A stretch of 64,000 nt of DNA from an uncultured delta proteobacterium (GCA_963736855.1 CAVTQK010000014.1:1-64000); one strand, 5' to 3'; counted from the stretch's first letter, positions 8,853 through 19,979 are shown. Notes: generated by a model from the sequence alone, not told the origin. A program made the numbers and translations.

Positions 8853-10850
8853 ATGAAACAGTTAAGTTTGATGATAGATCTGAATCGGTGTACCGGGTGC
8901 CGAACCTGCATTGTTGCCTGCAGAAACTATCATGAGATCATCGATCATGCCACGGCCATGCCGAATGAAATACCCTATTACCTGAGAGTGGAAAGCCGCA
9001 GCCGGGGAACATATCCAGCTCTTTCAGAGGACACATGGGTCGTTCCCTGTCAGCATTGCGGCGAGCCGAATTGCGCGGCCGCTTGCCCGGAGGGGGCAAT
9101 CCGCAAAGATCCTGAAACAGGGATCGTTCGCATCGATAAAGAGATTTGCAACGGGTGCAATGCACTCAAGGGATCTCTGACGGCGGATAAACAACTTACT
9201 TCGCCCTGCAAGGTCGCCTGCCCGGCGCATATGAATGTCCAGGGATACATCGGTCTGGTTGCCAAGGGGAAATTTAAGGAAGCGTTGAAGGTGATGAAGG
9301 AGGATAATCCCCTGCCCGCTATATGCGGCAGAGTCTGCGACCATCCTTGCGAGTCAAAGTGCAATCGGGGCGAAATTGACGAACCGGTCGCCATCAATGC
9401 GATTAAAAGATTCGTGGCGGATCTGGATTTAAAAGAAGATACACGGTATGTGCCTGAAATTAAAGATAAGAAAGAAGAGAAAATTGCAGTCGTCGGTTCG
9501 GGTCCTGCCGGTCTGAGCTGCGCCTATTTTCTTGCCCGTGAAGGGTATGCGGTCACTATATTTGAAAAAGCGCCTCTCTTAGGGGGTATGCTGACCTTCG
9601 GCATCCCATCGTACCGGCTCCCCAGAAACCTTATCGAAGCGGAAATCAAGGTCATCCAAGATATGGGGGTTGCCATGACAACAGGCATGGAACTCGGCAG
9701 GGATATCACCGTAGAGCAGTTGAGGCAGCAGGGTTTTAAAGCCTTTTTCATTGGAATCGGCGCCCAGGAATGCAAAAGCCTTGGCATAGAAGGCGAGGAT
9801 CTGAGTGGTGTATATCCGGGCATTGACTTTCTGAACAAAATTAACCTTGGAGAATCGGTTTCCCTGGGAAAACGGGTGGCTGTGATTGGAGGAGGCAATG
9901 TAGCGCTGGATGCGGTGCGGGCGGCCCGCCGCCTCGGCGGGAAAGAGGCCTGTATCATCTACCGGAGAAGCTTTGATGAAATGCCGGCAAATGCGGATGA
10001 AATCAAAGAATGTCAGGATGAGGGCATTCCCATGCATACCCTGACCCAGCCGGTTCGATTCATCGGAAAAAATGGACGCGTGAGTAAAATAGAATGCATA
10101 AAGATGAAATTGGGAGCGCCGGATGAAAGCGGACGTAAAGCCCCTGTGCCCGTCGCCGGTTCTGAGTTTACGATGGATGTGGATGCTGTCATCACCGCTT
10201 TGGGACAGGAAACGGACTGGGCCTGCCTGACTCCGGAATGCGCCTGCCGGTTGACGGACTGGGGAACCATGAACGTCGATCCGCTCACCTATCAAAGCGA
10301 TGATCCGGATATTTTTGCAGGAGGAGATGCGGTGACCGGACCCCGGACGGTCATTGAAGCAATTGCCGCCGGAAAAGAAGCGGCTATATCTATTGACCGG
10401 TTTATTCGAGGGGCTAATCTCCGTGAAGGCCGGGGCAAAGAATGGGCTGTTGCAGCCGAGATTCAAAAGGAGAAATATCATCCTGCAAAACGCACCCGGA
10501 TGCCTGCTCTGAAACCTGAAGAGAGGGTGAACAACTTCGATGAAGTGCAACTGGGATTAACCGAAGAAATGGCGGTTGAGGAAGCAAAGCGATGCCTGGG
10601 TTGCGGTTGTGCATGCGTTCAGGCCTGCCCTTATTATGTCATTCAGTTTGACCTGAAAGCCGGGATATCCCATAAATGTAACCTGTGTTATGACAAAACC
10701 CATGTGGGCGAATTGCCGGTCTGTGTGGAGGTATGCATGACAGACGCGATAAGATTTGGTGAATATGACCTTGTCAGACAATGGGCGCTTTGTGACGGCA
10801 AAACAATTGTTGCGGATCTGAGCAAGGAATCGCTTTTATATGTCAAATAG
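8853..10850 (+). CDS. DmsB/NrfC-like polyferredoxin with an inserted GltD/SudA-like FAD/NAD(P)H oxidoreductase module
   Basis: CTGCRTCIVAC, CQHCGEPNCAAACP, CNGC...; PCKVACP, CGRVCDHPCESKC, GSGPAG, GGGNVA, FAGGD; then CVQACP, KCNLC, CVEVC. Confidence 0.88.
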   Translation: MKQLSLMIDLNRCTGCRTCIVACRNYHEIIDHATAMPNEIPYYLRVESRSRGTYPALSEDTWVVPCQHCGEPNCAAACPEGAIRKDPETGIVRIDKEICNGCNALKGSLTADKQLTSPCKVACPAHMNVQGYIGLVAKGKFKEALKVMKEDNPLPAICGRVCDHPCESKCNRGEIDEPVAINAIKRFVADLDLKEDTRYVPEIKDKKEEKIAVVGSGPAGLSCAYFLAREGYAVTIFEKAPLLGGMLTFGIPSYRLPRNLIEAEIKVIQDMGVAMTTGMELGRDITVEQLRQQGFKAFFIGIGAQECKSLGIEGEDLSGVYPGIDFLNKINLGESVSLGKRVAVIGGGNVALDAVRAARRLGGKEACIIYRRSFDEMPANADEIKECQDEGIPMHTLTQPVRFIGKNGRVSKIECIKMKLGAPDESGRKAPVPVAGSEFTMDVDAVITALGQETDWACLTPECACRLTDWGTMNVDPLTYQSDDPDIFAGGDAVTGPRTVIEAIAAGKEAAISIDRFIRGANLREGRGKEWAVAAEIQKEKYHPAKRTRMPALKPEERVNNFDEVQLGLTEEMAVEEAKRCLGCGCACVQACPYYVIQFDLKAGISHKCNLCYDKTHVGELPVCVEVCMTDAIRFGEYDLVRQWALCDGKTIVADLSKESLLYVK

Positions 10851-10865
10851 GCTATGTTAACGCAT

Positions 10866-10899
10866 AAGGCCGCGGTCCAAAGGACGCGGCCTTTTTTTT
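10866..10899 (+). terminator. Intrinsic terminator of the FNT-molybdoenzyme operon
   Basis: AAGGCCGCG...CGCGGCC stem followed by T8. Confidence 0.85.
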
Positions 10900-10988
10900 A
10901 ATAAAAATCGATGGGGTGGCAAGCCCTGCTGCGCATTTTCTTGAAAATTTTGATATAAAAAAGTTTCAAGAGATATCGATGTGGCGTT

Positions 10989-12095
10989 ATGATGGGGACC
11001 ATGGGCATGATTGATCCACTCCAATTTGTACCACGCGGCATGGCCACCGGTATCGGCAGCCTGCCGTTTCAAGACCCCCTGGAAGCACTGGATCTGATAA
11101 TTTCCGAATTTCCCAAGTGCCCCCACTGGCCGCAACTGCCCCGCCGCTGCAGGGAGGAACATTTCGTCCACCAGTTTCTACAACCCCTGATGGAATGCGG
11201 CCTGCTGGTGAATCGCAACGACCGGTGGTACTTTGACATGTCATCCGACACCCGCGCTGACTGTCTTACCGTGTTTTATACCTCCTGCCTGGCGGCGGAA
11301 GCGGGTGATGCCTTGGCCTTGCAGTGCTTTTTACCCTCTTTGCAGGCAGCCGCCGGGCTCCACGCCTTTCTCGTCCGGGCCGGATCCGCCGAATTTTTAA
11401 AAAATGTCGATTTCGTCAAAGGACAGATCGCCGGACCCCTGACGGTCGCCCTGGAAATGAAAGACGAACAGGGCCGACCAGCCTATTATGACGATGACCT
11501 GCGCGATGTCATCGTGAGAACCCTGGCGCTGAGCGCCCGATCTCAGGCGGCGGCCCTGTCCGCCTTGGAGCGGGTGCCGATTATTTTCGTGGACGACCCG
11601 GCCGTCAGCGCCTTCGGTTCGCGGCTGCACCTGGCGTTGAGCCGGGAAAACATCGTGGCCGACCTGAACTTCATTTTCGAGGCTATACGGTCAGAGGGTG
11701 CATTCGCTGGAGTCCATTCCTGCGAAGCCATCGACTGGTCATTGTTGACGGACTCGACCGCCGACATCATCAGCGTCGATACCTTTCGTTTTGGAACTTC
11801 GCTGGCGCCTTATGCGGTGCAACTGCGCGGATTTCTCGAGCGCGGCGGCATCATTGCCTGGGGCATCACACCGACCCTCGATGACCCATTTGCCGAATCC
11901 GTTGAATCTTTGCTGCAGCGCCTGCAGCGGCTGTGGGAGGAATTGTTCTCCCGAGGCCCCGATAGAAATTACGTGCTGCGTCGGAGCATGATCACGCCGG
12001 CCTGCGGGACGGGCTTGCTTTCGCAGGCGCAGGCGCGGCAGATCTACCGCTTGACGGCTGCCGTTTCCGCCCGCATCGGCGAAATGACTCAATGA
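10989..12095 (+). CDS. Single-domain MetE-like (core methionine synthase-like) protein
   Basis: TGIGSLP, WPQLP, KGQIAGPLT, HSC and TPACG (putative Zn ligands). Confidence 0.65.
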   Translation: MMGTMGMIDPLQFVPRGMATGIGSLPFQDPLEALDLIISEFPKCPHWPQLPRRCREEHFVHQFLQPLMECGLLVNRNDRWYFDMSSDTRADCLTVFYTSCLAAEAGDALALQCFLPSLQAAAGLHAFLVRAGSAEFLKNVDFVKGQIAGPLTVALEMKDEQGRPAYYDDDLRDVIVRTLALSARSQAAALSALERVPIIFVDDPAVSAFGSRLHLALSRENIVADLNFIFEAIRSEGAFAGVHSCEAIDWSLLTDSTADIISVDTFRFGTSLAPYAVQLRGFLERGGIIAWGITPTLDDPFAESVESLLQRLQRLWEELFSRGPDRNYVLRRSMITPACGTGLLSQAQARQIYRLTAAVSARIGEMTQ

Positions 12096-12282
12096 TACGG
12101 ATGGATGATTCTCAACCGACTGCCGGAGCTTTTCAGAAAACCCCAAATTGCATTCTGATATCGTTCACATTTTCTGCTATATATTCCTACAAATCCCTGC
12201 ATTTTCCATTTGCTTAATGTGTCTCAATTTAGTACTTTAGAATTGCCATTTCACAATCAGAGGCGATTTCTCGTCATGCCCC

Positions 12283-13527
12283 ATGAATAAAACTTTTTTT
12301 CAAAAACATGCCCAAGTCGTCAAACAATTACTGATTGCTTTTTTTACCCTTGCCGCCTGCTGCCTGACCTATTATTTCCATGCGGTCCTGAGAGTGGGAA
12401 CGATTGTATCCCACTTTTATTACATCCCCATTATCTTAGCCTGTATTTGGTATCAGAAAAAAGGGATTTGGATCGCCGTTTTTTTGGTCACTTTTCTCCT
12501 GGCCAGTCATCAGCTTCTGAAACCCGCTGCATCAACATACACTCTTTACATACGGATATTCATGCTGATGACCATTGCGATCGTTGTAGCGGCACTGAGT
12601 GAAAGGATATCCGCAACAGAACGCCAGCTTAGAAACGCTCATGATCAACTGGAAAAGCGGGTTGTAGAACGAACAGCTCAACTGGCGGAAGTCAACCGCA
12701 AACTGGAACTGGAAATCGAACAGCATAAACGAAGCGAGGAGCGCCTGGCGCTGAGCGCCAAAAGATTGGAACAGCGCAACGAGGAAATCAAGAATTTCGC
12801 CTACATTGTTTCCCATGATTTGCGCGCACCCCTGGTCAACCTGAAAGGCTTTTCCGCTGAACTGCGGATCGCTCTGGACATTATCCGCCCCGTTTTGCAA
12901 ACCCTTATCACCCAGCCGGACCAGCAGCTCCAACCCGCTGTATCCACTGCCCTCCTGGATATATCCGAAGCGCTCGATTTTATCGGTTCTTCCACAAACC
13001 GCATGGACAGCCTGATCAACGCCCTCCTGCAGCTCTCCCGCCTGGGTCGTTCCGAACTCAAACGGGAACCCATCGACATGGAAAAAATGGTTCAGGAAAC
13101 CCTGAATGCGCTGGCGCATCAAATTGCCGAAAAACAGATCGACGTAAAAATTGGTCCTTTGCCGAAAATCGAAGCCGATCGGCTGGCAATGCAGCAGATC
13201 CTGGGCAATCTGCTCAACAATGCCGTTTTGTATTCACTTCCCGAACGCAAAAGCAGAATCGAAATCACGGCTGAAACCGGACTGGATCAGGTGACCATTT
13301 TCGTGAAAGACAACGGCCGGGGCATCGCCCCGGAAGATATGGATAAGGTTTTTGTACCGTTCAGACGGGCCGGCAAGGCGGACGTTCCCGGCGAAGGCAT
13401 GGGCCTGGCCTACACTCAGGCCCTGGTCAACCGCCATGGCGGTCATATCCAATGCCATTCCAAGGTCGGTGAGGGAAGCATCTTCTCCTTCACCATCCCC
13501 ATACACCTCTTAACCGACGAGGCGTAA
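12283..13527 (+). CDS. Membrane sensor histidine kinase
   Basis: N-terminal TM segments; H-box SHDLRAPL; N-box NLLNNA; DNGRGI and GMGL G-boxes. Confidence 0.92.
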   Translation: MNKTFFQKHAQVVKQLLIAFFTLAACCLTYYFHAVLRVGTIVSHFYYIPIILACIWYQKKGIWIAVFLVTFLLASHQLLKPAASTYTLYIRIFMLMTIAIVVAALSERISATERQLRNAHDQLEKRVVERTAQLAEVNRKLELEIEQHKRSEERLALSAKRLEQRNEEIKNFAYIVSHDLRAPLVNLKGFSAELRIALDIIRPVLQTLITQPDQQLQPAVSTALLDISEALDFIGSSTNRMDSLINALLQLSRLGRSELKREPIDMEKMVQETLNALAHQIAEKQIDVKIGPLPKIEADRLAMQQILGNLLNNAVLYSLPERKSRIEITAETGLDQVTIFVKDNGRGIAPEDMDKVFVPFRRAGKADVPGEGMGLAYTQALVNRHGGHIQCHSKVGEGSIFSFTIPIHLLTDEA

Positions 13528-13529
13528 CG

Positions 13530-13991
13530 ATGACGACTATCACAAAAAACATTACCATCCTGCTGGTGGAGGACGATCCGGGGCACGCCCGCCTGGTCGA
13601 AAAAAACCTGCGCCGCGCCAACCTCACCAATCCCATTATCATGCTCAGTGACGGCCGCCAGGCTATGGATTATCTTTTTCGTGAAGGCCCTTATTCAAGT
13701 GATCCGATACCGTCGAATCTGCTGGTGCTGCTTGATCTGAACCTGCCGGTGATTGACGGATATCAGGTCCTTGCCCGCATGAAGGAGAATGCTTCCACGC
13801 GGCGAATCCCGGTCATCATTCTTACCACCACGGATGATGCGCGGGAGATCGACCGCTGCTATGACTTGGGGTGTAATGTCTATATCACCAAACCGGTTGA
13901 TTACGAGGGATTCAGCGAAGCCATCCGCAAGCTCGGGTTGTTTCTTTCGGTGGTCTCCATCCCCATAGAAGGGTCCAACGGACATGAATGA
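13530..13991 (+). CDS. Single-domain response regulator (Rcp1-like)
   Basis: LLVEDD, LLDLNLP, ILTT, YITKP. Confidence 0.92.
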   Translation: MTTITKNITILLVEDDPGHARLVEKNLRRANLTNPIIMLSDGRQAMDYLFREGPYSSDPIPSNLLVLLDLNLPVIDGYQVLARMKENASTRRIPVIILTTTDDAREIDRCYDLGCNVYITKPVDYEGFSEAIRKLGLFLSVVSIPIEGSNGHE

Positions 13992-15033
13992 TTCGAAACC
14001 GATCCGCATTCTCTGCATGGAAGACGATCCCGGAGCCGCCCGCCTGGTTCAAAAAACCCTGGATCGCGCGGGCTATATCGTGGATATCGCCCACAACGGA
14101 CAGGAAGGGTTGGACATGCACGACGCCGGCAGCTATGCACTGCTGGTGGTGGATCAGTCCATGCCCGTAATGGAAGGCCTGGAGGTCCTGCAGAGGCTCT
14201 CTTCCCGGGCATCGACGGCGCCGGTCATCATGATAACCGGCCACGGCGACGAACGCCTTGCCGTGGAAGCGATGAAGCTCGGCGCCAGGGATTATATTGT
14301 CAAAGATGTCGATGGCAGTTTTCTGGAACTATTGCCTACCGTTATCCGGCGGGTTCTTCAACAGCAGCAGCTGATGGAAGAAAAACGGCAGGCGGAAGCG
14401 GCCTTGAAGGAGTCGGAAGAGCGGCTCGATTCCATCATCAAGAGCGTTCCAGATATCATCTACCGACTAGATACCCAAGGCTGCATCACCTTCATCAGTG
14501 ATGCCGTCATCCGTTACGGATACCTTCCCCGTGATTTATTGTCCAGAAAAATGCTGGAACTAGTTCATCCGGATGACCGGGAAAAGACCGAGCATCGCAT
14601 TAACGAAAGAAGAATGGTAAAGCGTGAACCAGACGATCTGGAAATTAGGTTCCTAGTGGGCAGGGACGGCCCCATCGCATCCGAATCCGAACCGATATTC
14701 CTGGTCAACGCCCAGGGACTCTATCGCACAGAGCAGCCGAATGCCAGGACATTCATCGGTACCCAGGGCATCGCCAGGGACATTACGGAACGCAAACGCA
14801 CGGAAGAGGAGCGTGAAAAGCTGCTTGCGGAGCTCCAAAATGCTTTGGCGCAGGTTAAAACCTTAAGCGGAATGATCCCCATTTGTGCATCCTGCAAAAA
14901 GATCCGCGACGATAAAGGCTATTGGAATCAAATCGAAAGCTATATCCGCGACCATTCCGATGCCCAGTTTAGCCACGGCATTTGTCCGGAATGCGCAAAA
15001 AAATTATACGGGGATCTTTTAGAAAAGATCTAA
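13984..15033 (+). CDS. Response regulator REC-PAS with C-terminal Cys/His motif
   Basis: REC (MEDD, VDQSMP), PAS (VHPDD, ARDITERK), ICASCKKIRDDKGYW...SHGICPEC. Confidence 0.85.
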   Translation: MNDSKPIRILCMEDDPGAARLVQKTLDRAGYIVDIAHNGQEGLDMHDAGSYALLVVDQSMPVMEGLEVLQRLSSRASTAPVIMITGHGDERLAVEAMKLGARDYIVKDVDGSFLELLPTVIRRVLQQQQLMEEKRQAEAALKESEERLDSIIKSVPDIIYRLDTQGCITFISDAVIRYGYLPRDLLSRKMLELVHPDDREKTEHRINERRMVKREPDDLEIRFLVGRDGPIASESEPIFLVNAQGLYRTEQPNARTFIGTQGIARDITERKRTEEEREKLLAELQNALAQVKTLSGMIPICASCKKIRDDKGYWNQIESYIRDHSDAQFSHGICPECAKKLYGDLLEKI

Positions 15034-15124
15034 ATCGTGTCTGACCGAAAAAAGGTGCGGATCGTTACAGACGTTCTGCAATCCCCGCACGCATAGATCA
15101 TAAGGAGGGGCACGGCAGGAGCAT

Positions 15125-16387
15125 ATGAAATTCATCCATGCTGCCGACATTCATCTTGACAGCCCGCTGGTCGGACTCCAGCGCTACGAAGGGGCGCCCG
15201 TCGAGGAGGTCCGCGGTGCTACCCGCGGGGCTCTTCAGAACCTCGTCGAGCTTGCCGTTGCCGAGAAGGTTGACTTCATCCTGATTGCGGGAGACCTCTA
15301 CGACGGGGACTGGAAAGACTACAACACCGGACTTTTCCTTTCGAGCCGGATGGCCAGGCTCCGTGACGAAGGCATCCGTGTCTTCATCATTTCGGGCAAC
15401 CACGACGCCGCAAGCCAGATCACCAGGCATTTAAGACTGCCGGATAATGTCAAGAGTTTCTCCATACGAAACCCCGAGACGGTCATCATCGAGGAACTTG
15501 GCCTTGCGATCCACGGACAGGGCTACCCCGTAAGGGCCGTCACCGAAGACATGGCGAGCGCCTACCCCCAGGGTTTAGCGCATCATTTCAACATCGGGCT
15601 TCTCCACACAAGCCTTGACGGCCGTCCAGGCCACGAGTCCTATGCGCCGACGAATACAGCCGCTCTCCTGACCAGGGGATACGACTATTGGGCGCTCGGA
15701 CACGTCCATACCCGGGAGATTGTCCACCAGGACCCCTGGGTTGTGTTCCCCGGTAACATCCAGGGCCGAAACATACGGGAAATCGGGCCGAAGGGCTGCA
15801 TGCTGGTCGAGGTAGAGGACGGCCGGGTCGTCGGCATCGAATTCAAGGAACTTGACGTTATGCGCTGGGCTGCGGCGACCGTCGATGCCGGAAAGGCCGC
15901 CGGGAGTGACGATGTACTCCACGCCGCATCCGGAATACTCAAACAAACCTTGAAGGAAAACAAGGAGATGCCCCTCGCCGTGCGCCTGGAGATTATCGGG
16001 GCCACAAAGGCGCATCGGGAGCTTCTGTCAAATCCTGAACGCTGGAAAAGCGAACTCCGGGCGCTGGCCACGGAGATCAGCGGCGGCACTTTGTGGCTCG
16101 AGAAGATCCGGTTCGGCACAAAAGACGCAATCGATTCAGCAACCCTTGCCTCAAAAAGCGAAGCCTTTGTCGAGTTGATGAACTCCATCGATGAACTTGA
16201 GACCCATCCGAATCTCGTGAAGGCCGCCCTCGAGGCGCTCTCTGACCTCGGAGAGAAGCTGCCTCACGAACTGAAAAGCGGAGTCGAGGCGATCCTCCTC
16301 GATGACCCCGAGACGGTTCGGCGGGCGGCCGAAGGCGTCAGGCAGATGCTGATGGACCGCATCCTGAACAGAGGGGTTGAGCTGTGA
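15125..16387 (+). CDS. Mre11/SbcD-like metallophosphoesterase nuclease (YhaO-like)
   Basis: ADIHLD, AGDLYD, GNHD, LHT and WALGHVH motifs. Confidence 0.9.
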   Translation: MKFIHAADIHLDSPLVGLQRYEGAPVEEVRGATRGALQNLVELAVAEKVDFILIAGDLYDGDWKDYNTGLFLSSRMARLRDEGIRVFIISGNHDAASQITRHLRLPDNVKSFSIRNPETVIIEELGLAIHGQGYPVRAVTEDMASAYPQGLAHHFNIGLLHTSLDGRPGHESYAPTNTAALLTRGYDYWALGHVHTREIVHQDPWVVFPGNIQGRNIREIGPKGCMLVEVEDGRVVGIEFKELDVMRWAAATVDAGKAAGSDDVLHAASGILKQTLKENKEMPLAVRLEIIGATKAHRELLSNPERWKSELRALATEISGGTLWLEKIRFGTKDAIDSATLASKSEAFVELMNSIDELETHPNLVKAALEALSDLGEKLPHELKSGVEAILLDDPETVRRAAEGVRQMLMDRILNRGVEL

Positions 16388-19300
16388 AAATCCTGGAACT
16401 CGATCTGCGCGCTTTCGGACCTTTCACCAATGTTAAACTCAACCTGGCTGACGGGCGCGAAGGGATGCACATCCTCTACGGACCCAACGAGGCAGGGAAG
16501 AGTTCTGCTCTCCGCGCTCTCAAATGCATGCTCTACGGGATTCCCAAAAACTCAGCCGATAATTTCCTCCACGACAACAAGGCCCTGCGCATCGGCGGGC
16601 GGCTGCAAAACTCCGACGGCGCCGAACTCGCGTTCCTGCGGCGCAAAGGAAACAAGGACACGCTCTTAAGTCCGGATGAAAAACCCATCGACGATCGAAA
16701 AATAGACCGCTTTCTTCACGGCATGACAGAGGAAATCTTCGGGCTTCTCTTCGGAATCGACCACGACGCGCTTGTTCGAGGCGGACGGAATATCCTGGAG
16801 GGCAAGGGCGAGACCGGCCAGAGTCTCTTTGCAGCCGGCGCCGGCGGTGCAAACCTGCGGACCGTGCTCGAAACCATCGAGGCCGATGCGGAGGTCCTTT
16901 TCAAAAACAGGGGGCAGCTTCCGGTCATCAACAAGAACATCGGCCGACACCAGGAACTCAGGAAGAAAATTTCGGAACTCGCGCAATCGAGTCGAGAGTG
17001 GGCCGAAAAGGATAAAGAACTCGCCAGGGCAATGGCCGAGCTCGAAATCCTCAGGAAGACTCAGGAGCGGGATACGGCTGAGATGAACAGGCTGCGGCGC
17101 CTCAAGGAGATCGTCCCCAGGGCGGGCCTTCGAAAAGAACTCCTGGCAAAGATGGAGGCCATGGGAGCGGTCACCATCCTGCCGGAGGACTTTACCGGCA
17201 AGCGCCACCGGGCCGAAAATAAGCTCAATGCCGCGCTGGAGGTCAAGCGTCAGGCGGAACTGGACCTCGAACGATTGAATGAAGACATCAGAAAAATCGT
17301 GTTGCCGCAGAAAATTCTTGACCAGGCCGACGCCGTTGAGGGGCTCCACAGAGCGGCTCGGCCAGCATACCAAAGCAGCCGAGGACCTGGGAAAGCTTCA
17401 GGGCAGGCTTCAGCAGAACAAGGCGGATATCCGGGTCCTGCTGCTGGAACTGAAGCCCGGTCTCGATACGGAGGCGGTCAGGAACCTCAGGCCGAAGGCC
17501 GCTGTAAAAACCCGTATCCAGAAGCTTGCGAGCAAGCACGCGTCCTTGCAGTCGGAACTGTCGAGGGCGGCAAAGGACCTGCGCGACGCGGAGCAGAAAC
17601 TCAACCGGCTGAAGGACGATCTGAAAACCCTTGAGACCCCGAAAGACCCGGCTCCTTTAAAGAAGACCCTGGCCAAACTTGCAAAGAGCGGCGACCTGTC
17701 ATCGGCCCTGCGGGATGCGCAGAAGGCGCTCCAGAACGAAGAGGAAAAGATCCGAAGCCTGCTGCAGCGCCTGCCTCTTTGGAGCCGAGCAGTCGAGGAT
17801 CTGGGCAAGAGTGCCCGTACCCTCATCGGAAACCGTCAGCCGTTTCGAAGACGCGTTTTCCGGCTGCAAGATCATTGCCGACAACCTGGAGGGCCGCCTG
17901 GACGATGCACGGGCTGCGCTGCAGGAAATCGAGCAGCAGATCGACGCCATCCGGCTGGCCGGCGCCGTCCCGACCGAGGAGGATCTCGATAAAGCCAGAG
18001 ACAGGCGGCAACAAGGGTGGGGCCTTGTAAGAAAGGCCTGGCTCCAGGGCGAAAATGTGGAGAACGAGAGCCGAGCCTATGACCCGGAGCATGACCTGGC
18101 GGAAGCCTACGAGGTATCCGTCGCGCAGGCCGATGAGACCGCCGATCGGCTGCGCCGGGAAGCCGCCCGGGTGGCGGAGTATGCCGCCCTTCTCGTGCAG
18201 GAGAAAAAGATAACGGAAGAGATCGTCAAGCTGGAGGCAGATCGGCGCAAGGCGGAACAATCCCTCGCCCTAAACAACGAGGAATGGAAAGCGCGTGGAC
18301 ACCCTCCGGCATTGAGCCCCTGACGCCCAAGGAGATGCGATCGTGGCTGGAGCAATACGGCAAGATCCTTCAGCGGCTGGAGAAGCTCGATGAGCAAAAG
18401 GGTTTGATCGAACAAACTCCAGGAGCAGATCGCCGGGCATCGGGAAGCGCTGATCCGGCGTCTCGAAGAGCTCGGCGAGAGGGGATCGACACCCGATGAG
18501 ACATTCGGGCCGCTCGTTGAGCGGTGCGAAACCGTCCTGGATAAACTGGAGAAGCTTGTCCGGCATCGTGAGGATCTGGAAACGAAGATTTCAACCCTTT
18601 GCCGACGATATCAAGGAGTACGTGCAGGCAAAGGCCGATGCGGAGCAGAGACACAAGACATGGCAGGCGGAGTGGTCGGAGGCCGTGAAAACGATAGGGC
18701 TGGATGAGGGAACCACTCCCGACGAGGCCCTTGTCACGCTCTCGAAGTTCGAAGATCTCTTCAAAAAGATCGATGAATGCGACACCCTGGAGCAGAGAAT
18801 CTTCGGTATCCATCGCGACGCCGAAGTGTTCCATGCGGACGTGAAGGCCCTCATCGGCCACGCCGCCCCCGAGTGGTCGAACCTGATGCCCGATCAAGCG
18901 GTGGTGCAGCTCAACGCGGAACTCACCCGCGCAAGAAAGGCAGCGGCCCGGCACGCGCAGCTTGCCGAAGAGATCGAACAGAAGCGCCGGGGGCTCGGCG
19001 ACGCGGAAAAGGAGATCGCCCTTGCAAGGGAAATTCTTGACAGCCTTTGCCGGCAGGCCGGATGCGCAAACCCCGATGAACTGGAATCCAGGGAAAAGCT
19101 GTCGGCCGACTACCAGGACCTGAGACGACAGATCCGGTCGCTGGAGGCGGACATCGTTGAACGCGGCGGCGGCGCAGCACTTGAACAGATCTTGCAGCAG
19201 ATCGAGACAGGTCGATATCGACGCCTTGGCCGCACAGATCGAAGACCTGGAGAGCCGCCTTGGGGAATTGAAGGAGCGTCAAAGACGAGATTCATGAAAA

Positions 19301-19892
19301 GGTCGGCAGCCTGCGCAGCGAGTTAGGACGCATCGACGGATCTGCCGCAGCGGCCGAGGCCGCCGAAGAAGCACAGGGGGTCCTCGCAATTATACGGGAT
19401 AATGTCGACGAGTATGTCAAGCTCCGCCTGTCCTCCATGGTTCTCCGGCATGCCATCGAAAAGTACCGGGCGAAAAATCAGGGACCTCTTCTTGAAAGGG
19501 CCGGCAAGCTGTTTACACGGTTGACACTCGGTTCCTTCTCGGGCCTCAGGACCGACTATGGCGAAAATGACGAACCGATCCTGCAGGGCGTGCGCCCCGA
19601 CGGCAAGGTCGTCGATGTCGCCGGCATGAGCGACGGCACCCTGGATCAGCTCTACCTCTCCCTGCGCCTGGCCACCCTGGAGAAATACCTCGAAACGAAC
19701 GAGCCGATGCCGTTCATCGTGGATGACATCCTGATCCGCTTCGATGACGACCGGTCGAAAGCCACCCTCGAAGTGCTGGCCGATCTGTCCCAAAAGACCC
19801 AGGTCTTATTTTTCACGCACCATGAACGGCTGGTGGAAATCGCAAAAACATTAAAATCCGGTGATGGCGTGTTCGTCCATCGGATGGGATGA
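16384..19892 (+). CDS. YhaN-like SMC/Rad50-type coiled-coil ATPase (about 4 apparent frameshifts)
   Basis: Walker A GPNEAGKSS; long coiled coil across ORFs 17279, 17679, 18284 and 18496; signature MSDGTLDQLYLSLRLA; Walker B IVDDILIRFDD; FFTHH. Confidence 0.85.
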
Positions 19893-19979
19893 TTTTTCGA
19901 AGATCGAAAAAAATATCGCGAATTTAAACAGAAAGAGAGATTTAAAACAGGAACCGAGAATGGACACGAATAAACGTGG

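Noticed and set aside
16384..19892. YhaN split into several ORFs as a multi-gene system
   Set aside because: The pieces join into one Walker A, coiled-coil, Walker B protein; same indel pattern as elsewhere in the window.
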